Shown here: positions 19,336 through 28,963 of the stretch, in pieces | Position numbering within the stretch: the stretch's first letter is position 1 | Layout of the letters: each line of letters begins with the position of its first letter | Origin: Acidobacteriota bacterium | GTDB lineage: Bacteria > Acidobacteriota > Vicinamibacteria > Marinacidobacterales > Marinacidobacteraceae | Assembly: GCA_022826825.1 (NCBI GenBank) | Contig: JAJDUD010000008.1 | Location: forward strand, 11,643-75,642 | Direction of reading: 5' to 3' | DNA length: 64,000 nt | Position numbers and translations under genes: made by a program | The notes under the pieces: generated by a model | The model's database searches: none | Told to the model about the DNA's origin: nothing | Seen by the model: the letters and a program-made list of their open reading frames with translations, nothing else

Positions 19336-19818
19336 ATGGACAAGGAAGAATTGCTGGAAGTCATCCGGTCCCACCAGAAGGAGGCTCCGGTACCCGTCTT
19401 TAACATTGCGCGAGCGATGGGACTGACGGTACTTCGTGCCCGTTGGCCCGACGAGTGGCAGGACAAGATTTCTGGGCAAATACAACGAATCCCTGAGACA
19501 GATCAATACCGGATTCTTCTGAACGCGGCGCATCCACTAACCCGGCAACGGTTTACCTTGGCCCACGAGATCGCCCACTTCGTTCATCACAAGCATCTGA
19601 TCGGAGATGGCATCACTCACGACGCCCTGTACCGAAGTCCACTGTCCACACCGCTGGAGCGAGAAGCAAACCGGCTCGCCGGGAACATTCTGATGCCTTG
19701 GAGCTTGCTTTGGCCCAAGATGTTTAGAGCAGAAACGGACGTGCGGGAGTTAGCGGCGGAGTTCAAGGTTTCTCCAGTAGCAATGGCCATCCAGACCGGG
19801 ATTCCCTACGAGCCGTGA
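19336..19818 (+). CDS. ImmA/IrrE-family (M78) zinc metallopeptidase
   Basis: HEIAHFVHH HEXXH motif in the ImmA/IrrE context, ...EREANRLAGNILMP..., about 160 aa. Confidence 0.65.
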   Translation: MDKEELLEVIRSHQKEAPVPVFNIARAMGLTVLRARWPDEWQDKISGQIQRIPETDQYRILLNAAHPLTRQRFTLAHEIAHFVHHKHLIGDGITHDALYRSPLSTPLEREANRLAGNILMPWSLLWPKMFRAETDVRELAAEFKVSPVAMAIQTGIPYEP

Positions 19819-20340
19819 CCGCCTGAAGCTAGCCGCGAACTGCCGATTTCGGCACAAAAGCAAATGCGAGACCAGAAGATGTCGGCCTAGAAGGCAGCCT
19901 GCCGGGTTGATGCGATAGGTAGCGAGATCCTCGAACGGAGTCCGCAATGATCCTCTGAAGTCTTGCCCCGACGTCATGCGTGAACTGGCCTGCGGCTACT
20001 TGCTTCGCGCTTTCCACGGTTTGCGGGCTGCCCCTAGTGCCGCATCTAGGACACTTGGCGGATCCGTCGCTGCAGCCGTCAGCAATAACCTGACACCTAG
20101 AGCAAATCAACACTAGTGCTATGCCATCAGCCATTGCGCTCCGCCACCAGAGTCGTCATCACCTACCACCATGGAGAGGATCCCAAGAGAACCCTTCTGA
20201 TTGCGCGTCTCTAGCACGCTGAACGGGAGAAGTCAAACGCGCGACTGTCTAGTCCAGGTGCAGGGCCTCCACAGCGAGGCCTGTATAACGCCAGCGGTAA
20301 ACACCGCACTACGCTTCTTCCGGAAGGCATCAGGATTCTG

Positions 20341-22479
20341 CTATTTCGCTCGGCCGAGAGCGGGCCACAGCGTGACGACGAATCGCTCTTCACGGACCGG
20401 AATGCGCACACGGCCCCGCATTCCGTCGTAAAGCGCGTGTTCCGCGCCGGTGCTGCTCAACAAGACCTCCGGCAGGTCCGCATACACGAGGGCCAGCGCC
20501 CCATCTTCGGTCCCCGTGGGCAGGAGTTGGCCCATAAGCGCTCGCGCCTCTTCCGCGCTGATTACCTCCGGGCTGACCTCGCGGGCCTCGAGATGGAAGC
20601 GGCTTCCCGGGAACTGTTCCAGTTCGGCCACCACCGGGATCCCGGACGCGAGCAGGGGACGGAAGTTGCCCGGCACGGCGGCCACGATCTCGAAACCCGC
20701 ACGGGCGGCCCGCACCGTAGCCACCGTCTGGCCGGGATTCACGAGCGTCCCCGGCCTTACCCGTACGTCCGTCAGCACCCCACCCACCGGCACGATCAAC
20801 TGCCGTTCTTCAAGATCCGTCCTTGCCTGTTCGCTCGCGCCGCGCAGGGCCGCGAGCCCATTCCCCACCGTGGGATCCTCCGGGTTCCGCAACAGCCGCA
20901 CCAATGCATCCTCGTACTCGTGCTCTAGGCGCCGCACCTGTGCGAGTTCCGCGTGGTCGTAGAGCGTGCCGATGACGTCCCCCGGAACGACCTCCGTCTG
21001 GGGAGCGATGTGGATGGCCGCCACCGTGCCCGCCTCATTCGCCACCACAGGCACCCGTCCTTGGCTGTGGACGACCGCCATCCCCTCCGCGTACTCGGTG
21101 GCCGTTCCGAAGATCAGGAACGCCGCAAACGCGAGCAGCAGTGCCGCCATGCCGCCCACGATCCAAGATCCCCACCGCTCGGAAACGTTCAGGATGGCGC
21201 TCGGGCTCTCGGAGCGCCGCTGTTCCGCGATCGCTTCGGCGCGGAACACGGATGAGTCCACTCCGACCTCCCCTTGAAGCCGGTGGTATTCCCGAAGGAC
21301 AGCGAGCGGCGGAGCGAAGTCGCTGGCGAGCCGGCGCGCCGTATCCAACAGTTCCGGTCGGAGATGGTCGTGGGCGTCGGCCGCGTGGCACGCGAGCACC
21401 CCAAACACCGTCCCCGAATGGTCCCGGATGGGAACTGCCATCAGTCCGTGTCCGGCCCCTGGCACGAGATCCAACTCCGGATCGAAGAACACCGCGTCCT
21501 CCACGCGTTCTTCGAGCACCGCCACCCCAGACCGCGCGACGTAGGCGATCATGCCGAGCGCCGCGCTATCCGCGAACTCCTCCTGCTGCACGGCGTGGGG
21601 TCCCAGAAGAACCTCCGCCCAATCGTCGTAGGCGTACACCGTCGCCGTGATGTCCGGCATTCGCCGCTCCGCCTGAGCCGCCAAGTCCCGCAACGCGCTC
21701 TGCGCCGCACGTCTCTGTCCACGACTCGTGGCGTCGTACCACGCGAATGCCGGGAACCCGTCCTCGGTGTCCGGTCTCGGGTGAACGAGTTCGCGAAAGA
21801 CCCGCCGGAAGACAGCATTTTCGAGCGCCGCCACCGCCAGCGGGCCGAGGCGGTCCGGGTCCGGCCACCCACTGCATGCGAAGAAAACCTCGCCGGAACC
21901 GACGATGTCGCTCCAGCGGTCGGACATCACGCCCCCGCTTGCGACGAGAATCGGCCGAAGTCCGGGCAGTCGTCGGACGGTGGACCGCACCGACGCGACA
22001 TCGGGTGCCCGGTCTGGCGCACAGCCCAGCAGCAGGGCTCCCACGCTCTGCGGGTTCTGTACTTCCCGCGCGTGGACGATCTCGATCCCCTGTAGGGCCG
22101 GCGTCGCGCGACAGGGCTCGATCGCCCGTTCGTCATCCACGGCGAGGACCACCGGGACCCGGTTCGCAGCCGCGAGGGGAGAACTCGTCCAATCCTCCAC
22201 CAGCGTGAGAACCAACATCTGCACCGCGTTCTCACCACTGCCGTGCGCTGCACCCAGCCGCAGGTCCGCAACTACGGACCAAGCGCTGCCGTTGCCGGAA
22301 CCGAGACGGGCCGTGATCTCCATTCCTTCCATCGCCCCGTCGCGCACCATCACCGCCTCCGCATCCCGGACACACACCCACACCACGCCGGGACCCAGAC
22401 AACATACCCACGCGGGTAATGAAGCACCACCTGCTACCCGAAGCTGCGCAGGCCCTGAGACCCGGCGCCAGCCCTTCAC
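20341..22479 (-). CDS. fusion protein: N-terminal cytoplasmic region with a pseudo-receiver-like segment and a GAF domain, then a TM helix and a CvaA/LcnD/HlyD-type bacteriocin membrane-fusion domain
   Basis: The C-terminal 320 aa begin SVFRAEAIAEQRR...WIVGGMAALLLAFAAFLIFG, the classic N-terminus of CvaA/LcnD-type membrane fusion proteins, followed by a long periplasmic coiled-coil/beta region. The preceding ~390 aa include a GAF-like block (MIAYVARSGVAVLEERV...GLMAVPIRDHSGTVFGVLACH). 4-bp overlap with the upstream ABC gene. Confidence 0.6.
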   Translation of the reverse strand: MKGWRRVSGPAQLRVAGGASLPAWVCCLGPGVVWVCVRDAEAVMVRDGAMEGMEITARLGSGNGSAWSVVADLRLGAAHGSGENAVQMLVLTLVEDWTSSPLAAANRVPVVLAVDDERAIEPCRATPALQGIEIVHAREVQNPQSVGALLLGCAPDRAPDVASVRSTVRRLPGLRPILVASGGVMSDRWSDIVGSGEVFFACSGWPDPDRLGPLAVAALENAVFRRVFRELVHPRPDTEDGFPAFAWYDATSRGQRRAAQSALRDLAAQAERRMPDITATVYAYDDWAEVLLGPHAVQQEEFADSAALGMIAYVARSGVAVLEERVEDAVFFDPELDLVPGAGHGLMAVPIRDHSGTVFGVLACHAADAHDHLRPELLDTARRLASDFAPPLAVLREYHRLQGEVGVDSSVFRAEAIAEQRRSESPSAILNVSERWGSWIVGGMAALLLAFAAFLIFGTATEYAEGMAVVHSQGRVPVVANEAGTVAAIHIAPQTEVVPGDVIGTLYDHAELAQVRRLEHEYEDALVRLLRNPEDPTVGNGLAALRGASEQARTDLEERQLIVPVGGVLTDVRVRPGTLVNPGQTVATVRAARAGFEIVAAVPGNFRPLLASGIPVVAELEQFPGSRFHLEAREVSPEVISAEEARALMGQLLPTGTEDGALALVYADLPEVLLSSTGAEHALYDGMRGRVRIPVREERFVVTLWPALGRAK

Positions 22480-24710
22480 GAATCGTCTCCTGTAGTTCCG
22501 CCCTGCTCAGGCGCCCGTACGAGCGACGCGTATTCACCGTCCAGACTCAGCAGGTCTCCGTGTCTGCCCTCCTCAACGAGATGTCCCTCCTTCAGGACGA
22601 AGATACGGTCCGCGTTGCGGATTGTGTTCAGCCGCTGGGCGATCACGATCCTCGTGCAAGCCAGCCGCGCCAGCCGCGCCTGGATCTTCGCCTCCAGCTT
22701 CGTGTCCAGATTGCTCGTCGCTTCGTCCAGAATCAACACCGGAGGCCCGGTGGCCACCGCCCGCGCCAGCGCCAGACGCTGCATCTGTCCTCCCGAAAGG
22801 AGGAACCCGCCATCGTAGAGCATCGTGTCGTAACCCAGAGGCAGTTTCGCGATGTCATCGTGTATGGAGGCAAGTCGCGCGGCCTCAATCACCTCCGCGA
22901 GCGACATGTCCGGGTTGCCGAGCGCGATGTTCTCGCGAACAGTATCCGCCGCATACCAGTCAGTCTGTGTCACCGTGCCGATCCTGCGACGCACCTCCCG
23001 AAGGTCCAGGGTGGCGAGATCGGTTCCCGAGTACAACACGTGCCCGTTCGTGGGTTCGTAGAGTCCGAGCAACAGTTTCGCCACCGTGGACTTCCCCGCC
23101 CCCGACGGCCCGACGAACGCAACAAATTCCCCCGGGTGGATCGTGAAGGAAACGTCCTGCAAGATGTCCGGGCCCGAATCGCTGTAGCGAAACGTAACGT
23201 GCTGCATCGAGACCGTCCGTGGGTCCACATCCGTCCCAGACCCACGCACCCGACGCTCCGGTTCTGTCTCGATCACGTCCTCAATCCGGTCCACGTAGCT
23301 ACCGAGCAGGTAGATGGACGAAATCGTTCCCACTAGTTTCGACAGCGGTCCCAGGAACCCCATCGCGAAGGCGTTCATCGCCAACATGACCCCAAGGGTC
23401 ATGTGGCCGTCCAGGACGCGCATTGCCCCAACGATGAGAATCAGCATGCCGCCCACGCCCGAGAGCGCACCAGTGATGGCCCCCACGGTCGCGTTGAGAC
23501 GGTTCTGCTCGATCCCGATGTTCAACTCCTTCACGAACAGGTCCGTCCATTTCCGGGCCACCTCGCGCTCCGCGCCAATGGATTTGAGCGCCTCCATTCC
23601 CGAGAGCATCCGCACTTGGTAGCTCCGTGCCTCGGCCTGCCGTTGTATCGACTCCGAAACGAGTTCGCGCAGACGAATTCGCGTCACCGCGAACACCGTG
23701 ACCCGCAGCACGCCGAGCAGCACCACGAGCCCGGCGACCACCACGTCCGTCAGCAGCATCAGGACCAGGTACGACAGCACGAACAGCCCGTCGAGAACCG
23801 CGGAGAATGCCGTTGAGGTCAGCGCACTGCGGATCTGCACATGGCTGTTCATCCGCAGCATCAGGTCACCCGACGAGCGGTTCTGGAGATATGAGAACGG
23901 CAGGTCCATCAGCCGTTCAACGAACGATACGGTCAGCCGGGCGTCAATTCGCGACATCACCTCCACCGCAAGCCGCGAACGTACGAAGGAGAACAGCGTC
24001 GAGAACCCGGCGATCCCGATCAGCGCAATGGCCACCGTCAGCAGCAGTCCCTGGTCTTCCCGAGGTACGATTCGGTCCACTAGTAACGCCGTGAACAGCG
24101 GAATTGCCGTTCCGAGCACCTGGATCGCTGCCGACATCGCGAGAAGCTGCGGCAGGTGTCCGGAGCGCAGGATGACTCGCGCGTAATCACGCAGGACACC
24201 GCGTCCACCGGCCTTTTGCGTCCGGAACGTGTCCGTCGGCCACAACTCCACCGCCACCCCGGTGAAGTTGCGGCTGACCTCCTCCCAGGTCACGATCCGG
24301 CGGCCCGCCGCCGGATCCATTACCCGGATCCCCCGTTTCACGACCCGGTCCAGCACCACGAAGTGGCTAAACCGCCAGTGCAGGATCGCGCCGCGCTGCA
24401 GGCGGCGCAGATCCTCGATCGCATCCACCCGCAGGCCCCGTCCAGCGAGCCCGTGCTGCTCGGCGAGATGCAGCAGATCCGCGGCGTTTGTCCCATCGCG
24501 GCCCGCGGTCAGGTGGTCGCGGAGCGTATGTACGGGAATGTGTTTGCCGTGGAACGCCAGCACGCTCGCCAGGCCGGCGAGACCGCACTCCGTCGCGCCG
24601 GTCTGCTGGACCACCGGCACGGACCGTGGGCGACGGAGCGACCCGATCCCCGTGACCCGCGGTAGCGAGCCCAGGAACGACGGACGCGAGGGCTCAGCCA
24701 TCGGTGTCAC
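22476..24710 (-). CDS. lanT: peptidase-C39-domain ABC transporter (double-glycine leader-cleaving peptide exporter, LanT/CvaB-like)
   Basis: N-terminal C39 domain with catalytic Cys (QTGATECGLAGLASVLAFHG), a six-TM ABC exporter domain, Walker A GPSGAGKST, signature LSGGQMQR and Walker B ILDEATS. Confidence 0.85.
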   Translation of the reverse strand: MTPMAEPSRPSFLGSLPRVTGIGSLRRPRSVPVVQQTGATECGLAGLASVLAFHGKHIPVHTLRDHLTAGRDGTNAADLLHLAEQHGLAGRGLRVDAIEDLRRLQRGAILHWRFSHFVVLDRVVKRGIRVMDPAAGRRIVTWEEVSRNFTGVAVELWPTDTFRTQKAGGRGVLRDYARVILRSGHLPQLLAMSAAIQVLGTAIPLFTALLVDRIVPREDQGLLLTVAIALIGIAGFSTLFSFVRSRLAVEVMSRIDARLTVSFVERLMDLPFSYLQNRSSGDLMLRMNSHVQIRSALTSTAFSAVLDGLFVLSYLVLMLLTDVVVAGLVVLLGVLRVTVFAVTRIRLRELVSESIQRQAEARSYQVRMLSGMEALKSIGAEREVARKWTDLFVKELNIGIEQNRLNATVGAITGALSGVGGMLILIVGAMRVLDGHMTLGVMLAMNAFAMGFLGPLSKLVGTISSIYLLGSYVDRIEDVIETEPERRVRGSGTDVDPRTVSMQHVTFRYSDSGPDILQDVSFTIHPGEFVAFVGPSGAGKSTVAKLLLGLYEPTNGHVLYSGTDLATLDLREVRRRIGTVTQTDWYAADTVRENIALGNPDMSLAEVIEAARLASIHDDIAKLPLGYDTMLYDGGFLLSGGQMQRLALARAVATGPPVLILDEATSNLDTKLEAKIQARLARLACTRIVIAQRLNTIRNADRIFVLKEGHLVEEGRHGDLLSLDGEYASLVRAPEQGGTTGDDS

Positions 24711-24740
24711 CTGTCGTCTTCCGGATCGGAGCGTCGGCGA

Positions 24741-25688
24741 TCACTCTTCGAGAGATCCGGAACAGTCGAGAGCTAGCTCACCTTCGGCCAGTTGCGGAAC
24801 GGCCAGCACGCGCACCGGAGTTCCGGCCGGGAGTTCGTCCGAGCACAGGAGCGCCTCAAAGGTGTGCAGGAGCGTGCGAGGATCCAGTTCGGGAGAGGCG
24901 TGTATCACGAACCCGAGCACCGGCTCATGGTCCTCGAAGGTCACGGTGATCGGCGCGCCGGCAGAGAGTCCGATGGTCGCCTCGGGCGGCGCCGCGAAGC
25001 GAACGTGCCATTCGCCCGCTTCGATCGCCACCACGGGCGCCCCCCGCGTGTCGTACATCCCAGGCGAGCCGTACACCTGGTCCACCACGCCGCCTAGCGG
25101 TGCGCGCAGCGTCGCCTTGGCCGCTTCGGCGCGCGCCTGTTCCGCAGCCGTTCGCGCAGCCCCAAGTCGCGCCTCGGCGGACTCCAGACGCGCCCGGGAC
25201 ACCTCCACTTCGGCCTCCACTTCCTCGAGTTGTTCCGTAGAGAACAGCTCGGAGCGTCCCTTGCGCCGCGTGTAACGGCTGGCGGCCTGCTCCATCTCCA
25301 CCTGTGCAACCCGCAGCGACGCCTCCACTTCGGCGACTGCTGCCTGCGCCACTGCAAGAGTCCGGTCCACCGATTCAGAGTCGAACCGCGCTACTGGTTG
25401 GCCCTCCTTTACCTCGTCCCCCGGCTGTACGAACCGCTCCAGTAACCGGGCGTCAAACGGCGCCGGCACAACAATCCGCCGCTGCCGTACCACGACCCCG
25501 ACATGACCGTAGTTCGCGGGAAGCAGGCCCGGGACTGGCCTACCCACACTCACTCGTCGCTGCGACCCGGATGGCACCGGACCCGGACGCCGCCGTTCCG
25601 GTTCGCTGCCGTCGCCACAACCGACCCAGGCAGCGAAGGCGACCAATCCCGTCGCCAGAAACGCGCCATGTGCTGCTCTGTAGCTCAC
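24741..25688 (-). CDS. HlyD/RND-type periplasmic adaptor lipoprotein
   Basis: GTG start gives a signal with lipobox AAWVGCG. Coiled-coil hairpin, then ATLRAPLGGVVD, a typical adaptor beta-barrel motif. The start overlaps the lanB stop by 4 bp. Confidence 0.6.
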   Translation of the reverse strand: MSYRAAHGAFLATGLVAFAAWVGCGDGSEPERRRPGPVPSGSQRRVSVGRPVPGLLPANYGHVGVVVRQRRIVVPAPFDARLLERFVQPGDEVKEGQPVARFDSESVDRTLAVAQAAVAEVEASLRVAQVEMEQAASRYTRRKGRSELFSTEQLEEVEAEVEVSRARLESAEARLGAARTAAEQARAEAAKATLRAPLGGVVDQVYGSPGMYDTRGAPVVAIEAGEWHVRFAAPPEATIGLSAGAPITVTFEDHEPVLGFVIHASPELDPRTLLHTFEALLCSDELPAGTPVRVLAVPQLAEGELALDCSGSLEE

Positions 25689-28600
25689 CGTTTCGCGCGC
25701 GCCACCAACGAACGATAGGTCCGGCTCAGGAAATCGTAAAGCACCAACTCGTGCGCTCGCGCCGACATGGGAAACAGCCGGTTCGCGTGCATGTGGGTCA
25801 GGGTTTGCAGCAGTTCTTCGAGTGGGCATTCGAGGTCACCAGACTCCGCCAAGTCCCGGAACTGTCGGACTACCTCCTTGGTGTCTTCGGACCGCTGCTG
25901 CAGGACGGCATCGAATCCGGCGAATCGGGAGTCATCGTCCGGGTATCCGGTAACCGCCGCTTGGATATCCCGGCGCTCCGCCCGCAGCCGTCTCGCTAGG
26001 CGCCGCCGTACACTGGGGCCCACTCCGAACTCCTGTCCGAACGACTCCCGCGCCCCGGCAACAACCTGGTTTCTTTCTCCGTAGTCCAGTCCGAAGTCTG
26101 CAAGCAACCGGTCAAAACCCATCGCCACTGCCTTCCACCGGAGGACTTCATCCTCCACCCCGTCGAGCACTCCGACGACCTGGAGCGCCGCCACACTGTC
26201 CGCCCGAAACCACGCTTCTGCCAGTTCGATCCCCCGCCCCCCGCCATAGCGTTCGACCTCGCGCACGTAGGTGTCGAGGCTCACGCGATGGACGGCACCG
26301 GTGGCCAAGAACGGCTGGAGGAGCGCCGACATCCGTTCTTCCAGCGCCCGACGAGCATCCGGCCCGCCTCGAAACCGGACGCGCAAATGGTGTTCCGGGT
26401 CTCCGTACCGGATGAAAAACCACGGCTCACCCGTCGCAGTGGCTCCGTGGAGCGCTGCCAGCGGCGCGACGACCTCGCGGAGCAGCCGATCCGCCGTGCC
26501 AGCGGCAGCGTAGAGCTTGTAGTAGAGCCACTCGTCTCCCGGGATGAAGGCCCGGGAAGCGATTGGTGCCGTCACGTTCCGCTGCTTTACGCCGTCTTCC
26601 CTGACCGAGGGCGCGGCCCGCTGCCTGCGCACGAGCGGAAGGATGAACTCGTTCCGGTAAGTCCCCTCGGGGCCGCTAACGCAGCCTTCCAGATCCTCAG
26701 CGAGCGTCTCCTCTAGAACCAGGGTGGGTCGGCGCGCCCCATGATCCGCCAGCACCGCCACGCACATCGGGTTGTCCAGATCCAGCAGCAGACGGTTCTC
26801 CCCATCGACGAGACGAACGAAACGCGGAAGCTTCAGCTCCCGAACCAGGGCCAACAGTGCGTCCTCACGGGCGGCGGGCTTCTTCGCCTTCGCAATGGCT
26901 TTGTACTCCGGACGATTGCGTCCCACCATCCAGCGGGCAAGCGCGTAAATGGCACGACCCCGGGTCACTCGCGGCAGGAACGGAAGTCCGTTCAGCACCC
27001 CCCAGTTCCAGCTGAACCCCGGCGCCGTCCCGTCGTTCTGGAGCGCGCATAGAAACCGATACATCCCGGAACTACGTCGATAGTTGTGGGCTGAGGTAAG
27101 GCGTGGGCGCACGATCCTGCCGTCCTGACGCGAGCGCAGCCGAAAACTGCTACCCTCCAGACTCAGCAGCAGATCGTCCACGGTCAGCCGCTTCGGACCG
27201 GTGAGCCGCGAGTTACCGCTACAACTCAACTCGATGTCGCGGACATGAGGTCGTCGCACGACATTGCCGACTCTACCCTCCGGTGTGTGCACGATTTCGG
27301 CATAGACCACCCCGGGTTCCAGCGCCTCCTCATCTCGAAGGTGGCCGCGCACCCGCTCGAGCAACACGGGGTCGAGATCGCAGAACCTTCCCAGCAACCG
27401 GCCACCCGACGGGCCGAAGCCGCCGTGATAGAGGATCCGATATGCGCCGCTCTGCACGGCCTCCTCAGAGGCAGCCACTAGATCAAAGTGGAGTGCCACG
27501 GCCGCTGGCAGAGGGCTCTGAACCGAGGTCGCGAGGCGTGTGAGCAGGTCATCGTCCAGTTCGAGACTCGCTGGGGCTTCACCCCGGAGGTCCAGGAGGC
27601 GCTCCATCAGCGCGTCCGGCACGCCCTGCTGAGGGCTTTTTCCGCGGTTGCCCTCTGCCCCGATGTTGAGGCCGGCAAGGAGCGGCGATCCTGACTGACG
27701 TGGTCGCAGATCCGGACCAGGCACACCGAGTCCCCGTTCCGGATCGAAAACCTCTGCTAGCGGAACCTCGCGTGTCTCGTACCGCTCCCGGAAGCGGCTC
27801 TTGAGGTCACGCAACGGATCCGGTAACCGCGTCATCAGGCGGTGTAACGTGTCGGCACCGCGAAGCACCTCGTCGACGACCTCCTCGGCGAGTTGCAACT
27901 CTTCGGTTTCCTTGAACATGTCCACCTGGAGGAGCCGCTCGGTTTTCTTCTGACCGAGAGGCCCGGTCCACACCGCGTTCACCGCCGCGTACGCCTCGGG
28001 TGGTGCCGCCACTCCATGCTCGTCGAGCTGGTCGAGCGCTTCGCGTAGCTGCCGGACCGGAGTGGCTGACTCGGACAGCGCCTCGCTCGCAGCGAGAGCC
28101 TGAAGGATCTGGTCCAGCGGATCGCTACCTACGACCGCAGGCACCAGCTCCGGCACGAGCACCTGCGACTCGATGAGGTCGTCAAGGTACTCGTCGATGT
28201 CGTCCGAGTTCACATCCGCATCAGTGATGGCGAGCGTCAACGCGGCATGTAATCCAGCCAGCGGCATCGCTTTCGCGGACCGCCGCTCCAAGGCGGCCGA
28301 AAGCGCTTCGTCATTCTCGAGAAACGCCATCTCGTGCCGGTTTTCGGGACCGCGCTGTCGCGCTTCCACATACTGGTACCCGCCCGCAATGGCCGCGATC
28401 GTGTCGTTGGGGCGGTAACGGAGATTCTTCCGGACTCCTTGTTGCCTCAGGAGGCTACCGACCAACTTGGCCACCTGCGCTTGGTCAAGTGCTGAGCGAC
28501 GCCGGTAACGGTCGCGCCCAGCAAGTCTCAGGCGCGTCAGTTCGCCTACGTTCCCCACGGATACACCGGCGAACAGGCCGAATGGCGTGCATCGGTCGCA

Positions 28601-28930
28601 CATCCGCGCGAAGTACTGGACGAGCGCTCGTTCCATCCGCGCCCGCCGCCGCGTAGGTGCTTGGTCGCCCAACCCGGACAGGCGCTCCGCGAGCACTGGA
28701 CTGGCGACCCGCAGCGCATCGGCCGCGTGCGGCAACGCCAGAGCCTCCACGAGAGTTCGCCGCAGCCGGTTCCTCGTGCCTGCTCCGTCACCCGCCGCAG
28801 GGGTTGCAGTTTGGCCACTGGCTCCCCAAACAGCAAAAGTGGCGGTGGGCAGTAAGGGCGTCCGTAGCACGAAAAACCCGGATGGCCGATAGCTGTCGGC
28901 GAAACCCGATGCCCCCGTCTCAGCTGTCAC
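25685..28930 (-). CDS. lanB: class I lanthipeptide dehydratase LanB (glutamylation plus elimination domains)
   Basis: 1081 aa. N-terminal SGFFVLRTPLLP is the canonical LanB opening. The C-terminal WFFIRYGDPEHHLRVRFRG matches the SpaB_C elimination domain. Confidence 0.85.
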   Translation of the reverse strand: MTAETGASGFADSYRPSGFFVLRTPLLPTATFAVWGASGQTATPAAGDGAGTRNRLRRTLVEALALPHAADALRVASPVLAERLSGLGDQAPTRRRARMERALVQYFARMCDRCTPFGLFAGVSVGNVGELTRLRLAGRDRYRRRSALDQAQVAKLVGSLLRQQGVRKNLRYRPNDTIAAIAGGYQYVEARQRGPENRHEMAFLENDEALSAALERRSAKAMPLAGLHAALTLAITDADVNSDDIDEYLDDLIESQVLVPELVPAVVGSDPLDQILQALAASEALSESATPVRQLREALDQLDEHGVAAPPEAYAAVNAVWTGPLGQKKTERLLQVDMFKETEELQLAEEVVDEVLRGADTLHRLMTRLPDPLRDLKSRFRERYETREVPLAEVFDPERGLGVPGPDLRPRQSGSPLLAGLNIGAEGNRGKSPQQGVPDALMERLLDLRGEAPASLELDDDLLTRLATSVQSPLPAAVALHFDLVAASEEAVQSGAYRILYHGGFGPSGGRLLGRFCDLDPVLLERVRGHLRDEEALEPGVVYAEIVHTPEGRVGNVVRRPHVRDIELSCSGNSRLTGPKRLTVDDLLLSLEGSSFRLRSRQDGRIVRPRLTSAHNYRRSSGMYRFLCALQNDGTAPGFSWNWGVLNGLPFLPRVTRGRAIYALARWMVGRNRPEYKAIAKAKKPAAREDALLALVRELKLPRFVRLVDGENRLLLDLDNPMCVAVLADHGARRPTLVLEETLAEDLEGCVSGPEGTYRNEFILPLVRRQRAAPSVREDGVKQRNVTAPIASRAFIPGDEWLYYKLYAAAGTADRLLREVVAPLAALHGATATGEPWFFIRYGDPEHHLRVRFRGGPDARRALEERMSALLQPFLATGAVHRVSLDTYVREVERYGGGRGIELAEAWFRADSVAALQVVGVLDGVEDEVLRWKAVAMGFDRLLADFGLDYGERNQVVAGARESFGQEFGVGPSVRRRLARRLRAERRDIQAAVTGYPDDDSRFAGFDAVLQQRSEDTKEVVRQFRDLAESGDLECPLEELLQTLTHMHANRLFPMSARAHELVLYDFLSRTYRSLVARAKR

Positions 28931-28963
28931 CTTGGCCGCGGTTTCACAAACTCGGAACTAGAC

